Virus record (IMG/VR): IMGVR_UViG_3300042890_002721
Location: 1-64,000 of that record
Length of the DNA stretch: 64,000 nucleotides
Strand: one strand, 5' to 3'
Source of the DNA: a virus
Shown here piece by piece: positions 55,770 through 64,000 of this stretch. How positions within the stretch are numbered: position 1 is the stretch's first letter; every line of letters starts with the position of its first letter. The notes under the pieces were generated by a model. It worked only from the letters and a program-made list of their open reading frames with translations. It was not told the origin of the DNA and did no database searches. A program made the position numbers and the translations under genes.

Positions 55770-58700
55770 TACCCATTAATTGTTTTAGTACACCCAACAC
55801 TATCAGTAAGTATTGTTGTTATATTCAGATTATTGTCATAGATAGGACTAACATAAATAGATGTTATGTTATATGGGTTACCAGTAACAGTTCCAATACC
55901 ACCAGATGAACTTATATTATGTTTATATAACGATGTGATTGATGGGTTTGTATTAAGTGTTGTACTTATACTACCATTTAATTCAATCGTTGGAGTTACC
56001 ATAGTTGAAGTTAATATATTTAAATCATCACTATAACAAGCTATAGTACCATATTTAGCTCTTATTTTAATACTAGTTGATACTAATGTTTTATCCACTA
56101 TGAATTTTAATGGTGTTGTATTATTAACATATGGCATTGAAATATCGTGCCACTGACCATTTATATCTTGGAATTGTAAATTTGATGTTGTAGGTGCATC
56201 AAATGAATAATCTAAATACACAGTAACTAAATACCTATCAATTTTACATTGTTTATTTAATTCACTAGTTGAGCCAGCAGTTAAAGTCATTTTTGGATTA
56301 ATAGAATCAACATTTGTTATAATAGTTACTGTTTCTGGTGTTGATAAACTATCAGTAATAATCGTTGTATATGTACCAGAAACTAAACTAACTAAATTAC
56401 TATTTGTAGAACTAAAACCATTAGGTCCAGTTGTTGAAAAAGAATAAGGTGGTTTACCACCTTGTGGTGTTATCGATATCTTACCATCAGTACTACCATA
56501 ACATGTTGTATCTATTTTAGTTGTAACACCATTTAAAATAGGTAACCCAGTTACTATTAATTTATCAACACTAACCATGGTACCAACACTATCGGTAATT
56601 TCAATAGTATATCCTATTGGGTCTTGAAATGGTATTCCAGTTATTACTGAAGGTGTTGCTGGTGATGGACCTCTAACTATTGTTCCATTAGCATCTTTTA
56701 ATACATATGTATATGGTTGAACACCGTTGTTTATATTATTTATTGTAATCTCACCATCATTACTAGAAACTGTTAAAGCGTTTTTACTAACAAAAGCATA
56801 CGCATCTAGTGGAGCTGGACCAGAAACAACTACATCTCTACTAATTACTCTACCTAGTGAATCAGTACCTTCAATAGTATAGGTACCCATACCCAATCCA
56901 GATATAAGTGTACTAGTATTTGATTGTATTGAGCCATTTATCGAATAGTTAGGTCCTACTACCGTATATGATATTGGAGCTTTACCACCTATAAAACTAA
57001 ATGTTATACTACCAATTTGTGTGTTACTTCCAGTTGATGTTGCTGTTGATTGAATTATAAATTCATCTCTCTTTAAAACAACACATTTAGTGAAGTATTT
57101 TGAATTCATTTTGTCTAATGATGTTTTACCTGGTAATAAACCAAAATAAAAGAAATAAGAATGTTTAGTTTGCCCATAATCATTATCACCATTCGTGAAA
57201 TTTCTAAACGATAAATAATCATTACCATTTTTAATTGGGCTAGTAAAATCATAAACACCATTATTTCCAGTATTAAAATCAGTTGTGGCACCACTAGTTG
57301 GTAAACTAAAACTAGTTGGTGAGGTAGTATTTTTATTTAATTCAAAAAATACATCTCTAAACCATTTACCATTATCATCGTCAATATCTAATGAACCAAT
57401 ATTACCATCTGGTGTAATAGGTGTACCAGCACTATCAAATGTAATTTCATCAATATTAACACCAAATTCACATATGTGTCTTAAATTTAAACAACCATTA
57501 CTATCTACGTGAATACCAACACAATCAACGTTAAAAAATAACCCACCATGTGTATCATTTAAATCGACAACACCAGTTGCCTCAAAAACACCTTCTTCAC
57601 TAATATCTGAAACATCTGGTGGTAATTTATATGTTGTGGGGATTAATAAATCATTAACTTTAGGAATTCCTTGCCAATCACATTCAAACACTGAACCTAA
57701 ACACATTATATCAGTTGCGAATAATTTATAACCAACATTATGTGTTGAAGCAGCATAATATAATTCTCCATTAACATTTTTTATAATACCTTCTCTTAAA
57801 CCACCAGTACTATAACCCCTATTTTGTGCATCAAAATCAATAATAATGTTAGAAAAACAAGAATCAACTAAATATTGTGTATGACAGTTATTGTCTGGGT
57901 TTCCATTATTATTACTATTAACACCAGTATAATTTGGGTCATTGGTGAAATCATCACAATCATATTCACAAAACTTTTCACTACCAGGTTTTCCATTATT
58001 TTTACGTTTTTTTTTATATTTTAACAAGAAACTAAATAAAGAACCATTAATCCAATCATTATAAAATTCGTATTGAAATAAACCCATAGATTTTGCCATT
58101 TGAAAAGCTAAACATTTAAGCATACTAACATTACTAGTGTCAACATTACCATATTCATTTGTTAATTCAGTATAACCACTATTAAATGGTTCGCCACCAA
58201 TTGTTACACAACCTGGTGCATACACCATGTTTGGTTCTTCAGATGGGCAAGTTATACTTAAACACTTAGCGTATTCTGGTTCTGGTATGTTTGGAATAGA
58301 TAAACCAAACCAATTTGCAACATCAATCAATGAATTTATAAAACCTATTATTTTTTTAATAACCCAAATAATAAAATTTATAATAGATATTATAACAGCA
58401 TTAATCAATATTATTATTGTTGATAATATTGACATGATAACACAAATATTTGTGAACATAGGGTTTACCTCTGTATCCACTCTATTATACGGGAAAGGTG
58501 TTTTATCACCAGCACATGCATCAACATTTTTAATCGCTGTCATGCCTCTTGTAGATGTTAATTTGTTTGTTTGGTATCTAGCAATGAAATTAGATACGGT
58601 ATATATTTTATTCCAATGTAAATCCTTAAAACTAGAATCTTTGGTTGCTGGACCATTATTAGTTTCTGGACCAAAATTATAATCTATCTCACCTTGGGTT

Positions 58701-59845
58701 GATGGATTATTAGGTACTAGAAATTTACCTCTAGTTCTAAGCCTACCTTGACCACCAGTTTCGTCCATACCTATTCTAAACCTAACACTAGCTCTAGTTG
58801 GTATGCCAATATTAGGGTCTTGTGAATAAATTAACCCACCAAATTCATCAGTAACCATATAATCTAAATTCATAGGTATCTGATATGACCATGAACCATT
58901 TTCATCTATAACTCTACCACCATCTACATCAAATCTTTCAATATCACCATCAATAGTTTTTCTAATCATTTCAATCGACCCTTCACCAGTAATTTGTTCA
59001 CAAAGGTTACCTAATTTATTTCTGGGTCTACAACGTTTATTAACACTTTGTTTATCTTGGTCACCAAAAATACTACCAGTAAAAATTGCAGATGGTATTA
59101 CAGTATGGTTTAAAGGTATATCTAATCTAGTGATACCTATCTCACAATTTTCTGTATCACCCCAGAATGGTTGTACGTTAACACCAGTATTAAATGTTTT
59201 AATTTGTACTAATTTATCTAGATTTTTACCACCTTTGAATTTTGTTGGACTATCAAACATTTTTTCTGGTGTACCTTGACTAATTAAGTCATATGGTCTT
59301 TGTGAAATTATACCAATATCTGAAACATCAACATCAACATGTACTGTATATGTTCCAACTGGAACACCAAATATCATAAAATCACCAGAATTGTTTGTTG
59401 TTGAAGTATATTTGTAATATTTACAATATACTTCAAGCATAGTTGGGTTATCTAATACTTCCCTTTTACTTGGAAAAGTACCTATTGTGGTAAAACAATC
59501 ATTATCTGGTGCACCATCTTTAGGTAGAAGATTATATCTAACACCTTCAGATGTTTTATCAGTGATTATTTCATAAGGGTATATGTTTTTAATCTCTGGA
59601 TTTGTTTTATCTGTATCATCTAGTGGAATAAAAACACTAACCTTAGCGTTTGGAACACCAAAACCATTATTTACTGTTACTCTACCTACAATAGTACCAT
59701 AATCAGAACAAAATCTTGTATATGCTTCTTCTTGAGATATCTTTAATGAAAGAATCTCAATAAAATCAAAATCTTGTTCTATATTAACTTTAATATATTT
59801 ATCATCACCATTTGGTGTTGTTTTTATTCTTACCGTATTTGACAT
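55769..59845 (-). CDS. large virion protein with SprB/Ig-like repeats and central hydrophobic segment
   Basis: 1358 aa; GGKAPISY, GVQPYTY, GGKPPYSF repeats. Confidence 0.75.
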   Translation of the reverse strand: MSNTVRIKTTPNGDDKYIKVNIEQDFDFIEILSLKISQEEAYTRFCSDYGTIVGRVTVNNGFGVPNAKVSVFIPLDDTDKTNPEIKNIYPYEIITDKTSEGVRYNLLPKDGAPDNDCFTTIGTFPSKREVLDNPTMLEVYCKYYKYTSTTNNSGDFMIFGVPVGTYTVHVDVDVSDIGIISQRPYDLISQGTPEKMFDSPTKFKGGKNLDKLVQIKTFNTGVNVQPFWGDTENCEIGITRLDIPLNHTVIPSAIFTGSIFGDQDKQSVNKRCRPRNKLGNLCEQITGEGSIEMIRKTIDGDIERFDVDGGRVIDENGSWSYQIPMNLDYMVTDEFGGLIYSQDPNIGIPTRASVRFRIGMDETGGQGRLRTRGKFLVPNNPSTQGEIDYNFGPETNNGPATKDSSFKDLHWNKIYTVSNFIARYQTNKLTSTRGMTAIKNVDACAGDKTPFPYNRVDTEVNPMFTNICVIMSILSTIIILINAVIISIINFIIWVIKKIIGFINSLIDVANWFGLSIPNIPEPEYAKCLSITCPSEEPNMVYAPGCVTIGGEPFNSGYTELTNEYGNVDTSNVSMLKCLAFQMAKSMGLFQYEFYNDWINGSLFSFLLKYKKKRKNNGKPGSEKFCEYDCDDFTNDPNYTGVNSNNNGNPDNNCHTQYLVDSCFSNIIIDFDAQNRGYSTGGLREGIIKNVNGELYYAASTHNVGYKLFATDIMCLGSVFECDWQGIPKVNDLLIPTTYKLPPDVSDISEEGVFEATGVVDLNDTHGGLFFNVDCVGIHVDSNGCLNLRHICEFGVNIDEITFDSAGTPITPDGNIGSLDIDDDNGKWFRDVFFELNKNTTSPTSFSLPTSGATTDFNTGNNGVYDFTSPIKNGNDYLSFRNFTNGDNDYGQTKHSYFFYFGLLPGKTSLDKMNSKYFTKCVVLKRDEFIIQSTATSTGSNTQIGSITFSFIGGKAPISYTVVGPNYSINGSIQSNTSTLISGLGMGTYTIEGTDSLGRVISRDVVVSGPAPLDAYAFVSKNALTVSSNDGEITINNINNGVQPYTYVLKDANGTIVRGPSPATPSVITGIPFQDPIGYTIEITDSVGTMVSVDKLIVTGLPILNGVTTKIDTTCYGSTDGKISITPQGGKPPYSFSTTGPNGFSSTNSNLVSLVSGTYTTIITDSLSTPETVTIITNVDSINPKMTLTAGSTSELNKQCKIDRYLVTVYLDYSFDAPTTSNLQFQDINGQWHDISMPYVNNTTPLKFIVDKTLVSTSIKIRAKYGTIACYSDDLNILTSTMVTPTIELNGSISTTLNTNPSITSLYKHNISSSGGIGTVTGNPYNITSIYVSPIYDNNLNITTILTDSVGCTKTING

Positions 59846-59857
59846 AAATTATTTTGT

Positions 59858-60187
59858 TTAATTTGTTATGTGCTCAACATCTATAAGTTCATACTCATCT
59901 TCATCGTAGTCATCATAATCATCATCATCATCGTCATCATCGTCATCATCTTTATTAGGTGTTAATTTATTAACTAATATAGATAAAATTTCTGTTATAT
60001 TAACTTCTTTATTTAAAACTAAAGTTCTAAACATAAACCAAATAGCAGCACTTAATATTATTGGTAATAATATTAATGAAAATAAAAACACAACACTTCT
60101 TAGTGTGTAGTTAGTTATTTTTTTAGTTAAATTAACTTCTGAACCAACAGCATATTGGTCTTTTCCCGTTTTACAATTACAACCCAT
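59858..60187 (-). CDS. membrane protein, MGCNCK N-terminus, poly-Asp tail
   Basis: One TM helix, acidic C-terminus. Confidence 0.75.
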   Translation of the reverse strand: MGCNCKTGKDQYAVGSEVNLTKKITNYTLRSVVFLFSLILLPIILSAAIWFMFRTLVLNKEVNITEILSILVNKLTPNKDDDDDDDDDDDYDDYDEDEYELIDVEHITN

Positions 60188-60254
60188 CTTTTAAAAATTT
60201 TTAATTTTGTTATATCCTTAAATTTACTAATTTAAATCTAATAAGGAAATAGTA

Positions 60255-62072
60255 TTATTTAACTCTAACCAATATATCTTTAGTTGGTTCTAGAATTTCA
60301 AACATACTAGTTGGTTCACCGAATAATGTATAATCACCACTTAAATCGATTTGTCTTGTGTCAGCATCTAAATAAGGTTGTGAAATCTCATTTAAGCTAT
60401 ACAAACCACCTACTTTATTATAAACTCTCAATTCAATGACGTTAATCACACCACCAACATTATTTATTTCTTTTAATAAATTAGAAATATAGATATTATC
60501 ACCCATTTGGTATTTATTGATATCCATATAAGATTGAACATCATTTATTACTTGTGATATTACTTGTGATTGGGTTACTTTTTTATCAATATATAAATCA
60601 ATCTCAAACCCTAGGTTAATAATTCTACCATCAGTTATTTGAACATAATCATTAAGCATTCTATAATCAGCTAAATAAGTTGAAATATTATCTTTTAATG
60701 CACTAGTAGAAGTATTTGATAATTGACTATTACCATTTAAACCTAAAACATATACATTTATTTTGTTTTGTTCTTCAAAAACACCACATCTAAATGGTAC
60801 ACCAAATTTACCTGGCATTTGTGTTATTCTAGTTTGATAATCTTTAATCGTTACGGCTCTATTTTGTGAAGCAAAATTATATTTAACCATATTTCTGATT
60901 TCATCAACACTAGGCACATCTCTACCACCTAAAGCTGGAAATGCATTATTAACTTTTAAAGAGTTTTTAACAGCATTATTTATTTGTTGGTCACTACCAA
61001 TAACACTTACATTAGCTAAACCAACAGTAGTTAAAACACCAGTACCAATATTTGTATCAGTACCACCACCTACTCTATATTTAACAAACATAGTGGTATT
61101 TGCTGTTGGGGTTTCACCTAAAGACATATTATTTATGAAATCACCTATTTGATTAACCAACGCTGTGTTGCTGTCAAAATCACAAAGACTAGATGTATCT
61201 TTGGTTCCAGAACCAAATATTGTCTTGGTGAAACCTAAATCAGTATATTCACTTATGAATTTTTTAGTAACAGATATGAATTTACCTGGTCTTACGCCAG
61301 CATTATCAGTTGTTTTTGTTGTATCTTCAATAAAAACCTTATCTTCAGCCAATGCATCCATCTCAAACCATCTGTTGGTTAAATCAATAAATTGAGCAGC
61401 GTTTGGTTCAGTTGTGAAATTAGTACCTTGGAGGGTTATAATTGAATCTATTGATAAAACATTTGTATCTGGTAATATAAGTTCAAAGAATGGTTTAACA
61501 TCACTTGCATTTATTACCCTTTTAAATATTTTAGTAAAACCATTTATAACCATTTCTCTTTTAATAAGAGTATAGTTTATTATTGTACCGTTTGAGTCAA
61601 CATTAGGTATTATCTTTCTATTAGGTATACCACCAACCGTAAATGGATTTGAAAAATCAATATCCACACTTGTTTCGAATACTTTACCAGCACCAGTAAC
61701 TTGAGTACCAGCTCTAATTATTGGAGCGTATGATGAATCAAATGTATCACCAAATACTGGAACTTTAACACTAAAATCTACAATAGTAACACTTGGTCGT
61801 TTACCAGGAATCTTTAAACCAAAAGTTCTAGCTAAAGATAATACAGATTTTCTCTCTTGTGCGTAATCGATTTGTGTCTCTTGAAACATCCTATCCGTAT
61901 TAACAGATAACATATCACCAACAGCAGCATTTAACTCTAATAACATCATACCAACACTAGCATCATTAAAGTCATTAAAGATATCTGGGTAATATTTTCT
62001 AACCATATCGATTAGTTCAGCTCTGATATCTGCGAAGTTTCTACTAGTGTAATTTATACCTTGATTTGCCAT
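60255..62072 (-). CDS. baseplate wedge protein (T4 gp6-like)
   Basis: YTSRNFADIR, AQERKSVLSLA, FGSG, YRVGGG, QNRAVTIKDY. Confidence 0.88.
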   Translation of the reverse strand: MANQGINYTSRNFADIRAELIDMVRKYYPDIFNDFNDASVGMMLLELNAAVGDMLSVNTDRMFQETQIDYAQERKSVLSLARTFGLKIPGKRPSVTIVDFSVKVPVFGDTFDSSYAPIIRAGTQVTGAGKVFETSVDIDFSNPFTVGGIPNRKIIPNVDSNGTIINYTLIKREMVINGFTKIFKRVINASDVKPFFELILPDTNVLSIDSIITLQGTNFTTEPNAAQFIDLTNRWFEMDALAEDKVFIEDTTKTTDNAGVRPGKFISVTKKFISEYTDLGFTKTIFGSGTKDTSSLCDFDSNTALVNQIGDFINNMSLGETPTANTTMFVKYRVGGGTDTNIGTGVLTTVGLANVSVIGSDQQINNAVKNSLKVNNAFPALGGRDVPSVDEIRNMVKYNFASQNRAVTIKDYQTRITQMPGKFGVPFRCGVFEEQNKINVYVLGLNGNSQLSNTSTSALKDNISTYLADYRMLNDYVQITDGRIINLGFEIDLYIDKKVTQSQVISQVINDVQSYMDINKYQMGDNIYISNLLKEINNVGGVINVIELRVYNKVGGLYSLNEISQPYLDADTRQIDLSGDYTLFGEPTSMFEILEPTKDILVRVK

Positions 62073-62084
62073 AATTTTTATTTA

Positions 62085-62471
62085 TTAAAGTTTAATTGTT
62101 ACAAAATCAGCTGTTTGGAAAACTCCATCAGTTATTGTGTAATCTATATTGATAACAGCAGCATATTCACTTTCTTCTGTTTCAGTAACTGTTATTTCAT
62201 TAATTGTTAAGTTTGGTAAATATCTTTTAACAACCGTTTTAATCTCACTTTTTATTTCTGATAATGTCATATCATCATTTGGTTGAAATATGAATCTAAG
62301 TAAATCCGTACCAAATTCTGGGTTGTATAATCGTTGACCTTTACGTGTTAGTATTAAGTGCATTAAATCAGCTTTAATTGCTGCGTTTGGGTCTGAATTC
62401 AAATCCAAAAAGAAACCATCATTACTATTCTTAAAGGGAAAATTTATATTTATATATGTTTTACTAGCCAT
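62085..62471 (-). CDS. baseplate gp25/GPW-like protein
   Basis: LILTRKGQRLYNPEFGTDL. Confidence 0.9.
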   Translation of the reverse strand: MASKTYININFPFKNSNDGFFLDLNSDPNAAIKADLMHLILTRKGQRLYNPEFGTDLLRFIFQPNDDMTLSEIKSEIKTVVKRYLPNLTINEITVTETEESEYAAVINIDYTITDGVFQTADFVTIKL

Positions 62472-62528
62472 AACTTTGTTTATTAGTAAATATTATACTA
62501 TTTAATTTTTATAAGTAAATATGGTAAA

Positions 62529-62555
62529 TAAAAAAAGGCCCTCATGGGGCCCTTA
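62529..62555 (-). terminator. terminator after nrdA
   Basis: AAGGGCCCC-ATGA-GGGCC followed by T run. Confidence 0.7.
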
Positions 62556-62561
62556 ATTATT

Positions 62562-64000
62562 TTAGCTTGAACAACCGAAGCATTCAAATTGACTGTCTAC
62601 TGGTTTTTCTGGTGTTTTATTCTTATCCATATCGATAGCTAAGTGTTTTGCTTTATTTTCGACTGGTTGACTTCTTAAGTAATATTGACCAGTTTTTAAC
62701 CCTAATTTCCAACCCAATGTATGTGCTGTTGTTAATTTACCTACTGTTGGTGTATCGAAGAATATATTAAGACTTTGTGATTGGTCAATAAATGGACCTC
62801 TATCGGCAGACATCTCTATAAGTGCTTTTTGAGATATTTCCCACACTGTTTTGTAAACGTCTTTAATTTCTTGAGGTATAACTGGTATGTTTTGAACACT
62901 ACCTTCATTTTTAATCAATTCATTAAGTATATCTCTATTCCATAATCCTAAATTTTCTAAATCTCTAACTAAGTGTTTATTTACCATTGCAAATTCACCA
63001 CCAGTTACCTTACGAACATATAGGTTAGATGTGAATGGCTCAAAAGCTTCATTAGAACCGATTACACGAGCCGAACTAGCTGTTGGTGGACAAGTTGTTA
63101 GAAGAGAGTTTCTAAGACCATATAAAAGGATATCAGCTCTTAATTCATCCCAATCATACATACCACTTAAACCATCTTCTGTTAGTCCCCACATTTCCCA
63201 TTGGAAAATACCTTGAGATATTGGTGAACCTTCATAATGTTCATAGGTTAATCCAGTTTCTTTAGCTAAATCACATGATTGTCTTAATGCATTAAAGTAT
63301 ATTGTTTCAAATATATTTTTATTTAATAATCTAGCCTCTGATGATGTAAATGGTAATTTTAACATTGCGTAAACATCAGCTAACCCTTGAATACCTATTC
63401 CTAAAGCTCTTTGTTCTAAACCACCTTTTCTACCTTCTTGTGTTGAATACTCATTGATTTCAATAGCAATATTAAGTGATTTTGTGATAGAACGTGCAAC
63501 ACGACCTAATTCATTAAAATCATATTTACCATCTTTTACAAATTTTTGAACTGGGATAGATGTTAGTGTACAAATAGCTGTTGTATCTTTATCAGTTACT
63601 TCCATTATTTCTGAACATAAGTTACTAGAGTGAATCACACCAAAGTTCTTTTGGTTAGATTTCTCGTTAGCATGGTCTTTATAACACATATAAGGCATTC
63701 CAGTTTCGATTTGAGCTTCTAGTATCTTAAGCCATAAATCATGTGCTTTAATTTTTGTACCTAAACCCATTTCAACTCCTTTATTATATTCAGCTTCATA
63801 TTCATCACCATAAATCTCATACAATGGTTTTAACCCAGCTGTTTTAATATCGTGAGGACAGAATAAATACCAATCACCATTAGACTCAACAGCTCTCATG
63901 AAGTTATTTGGAATCCAAAGTGCAGTGAATAAATCACGAGCTCTTAAGTTTTCATCACCAGTTTTCTTTCTAATATCTAAAACATCAAACACATCTTTAT
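62562..64000 (-). CDS. nrdA: ribonucleotide reductase class Ia alpha subunit, 5'-truncated
   Basis: SSNLCSEI, PPTASS, IDQSQSLN, LKTGQYYLR, C-terminal CFGCSS. Confidence 0.96.
   Translation of the reverse strand, partial: KDVFDVLDIRKKTGDENLRARDLFTALWIPNNFMRAVESNGDWYLFCPHDIKTAGLKPLYEIYGDEYEAEYNKGVEMGLGTKIKAHDLWLKILEAQIETGMPYMCYKDHANEKSNQKNFGVIHSSNLCSEIMEVTDKDTTAICTLTSIPVQKFVKDGKYDFNELGRVARSITKSLNIAIEINEYSTQEGRKGGLEQRALGIGIQGLADVYAMLKLPFTSSEARLLNKNIFETIYFNALRQSCDLAKETGLTYEHYEGSPISQGIFQWEMWGLTEDGLSGMYDWDELRADILLYGLRNSLLTTCPPTASSARVIGSNEAFEPFTSNLYVRKVTGGEFAMVNKHLVRDLENLGLWNRDILNELIKNEGSVQNIPVIPQEIKDVYKTVWEISQKALIEMSADRGPFIDQSQSLNIFFDTPTVGKLTTAHTLGWKLGLKTGQYYLRSQPVENKAKHLAIDMDKNKTPEKPVDSQFECFGCSS

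Noticed and set aside
59895-59950. (TCA)n and (TTC)n microsatellite-like runs here and near 17150, 17470, 19400
   Set aside because: Simply encode poly-Asp/Glu tracts
1042-63216. Many short plus-strand and nested ORFs (e.g. 1042, 3186, 8956, 13308, 17287, 58227, 63031)
   Set aside because: Shadow ORFs overlapping well-supported minus-strand genes or RNAs
1-64000. Stop-codon reassignment as in some Bacteroidetes megaphages
   Set aside because: Genes are full length and densely packed in the standard code; no suppressor tRNA seen

Overview
AT-rich, almost entirely minus-strand segment of a large myovirus-type (jumbo) phage genome, read in the standard genetic code. The host is probably a Bacteroidetes: TAnnTTTG -7 promoter elements, a region-1.1-less RpoD-like sigma and an Hc1-like protein all point that way. 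From left to right it holds: an RNA operon (tRNA-Pro, two Met/initiator-like tRNAs, HNH), tmRNA, ClpP, DnaJ, a DUF2828/vWA (TROVE/Ro60-like) protein, RNase HII, NUDIX, lysis enzymes, putative head-internal proteins, a sigma factor, SbcC/SbcD, an exonuclease, primase, a RuvC-like resolvase, a long baseplate/tail module (gp6-, gp25-like) and the 3' part of nrdA. Two systems stand out. (1) Four non-coding elements share an AG-initiated closing stem followed by TWCWGCAA around a variable insert, one insert carrying a tRNA T-arm. Three lie in the tRNA operon and one lies directly behind the DUF2828 gene, and both loci share the promoter CTTGACACGRGT. This suggests an undescribed Ro60/Y-RNA-like protein-RNA system. 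(2) At least five free-standing homing endonucleases from three families sit inside genes without any intron. Each appears to restore its host gene by supplying a diverged replacement 5' or 3' end, leaving the old end as a visible remnant. All calls are by eye; no database searches or folding programs were run.
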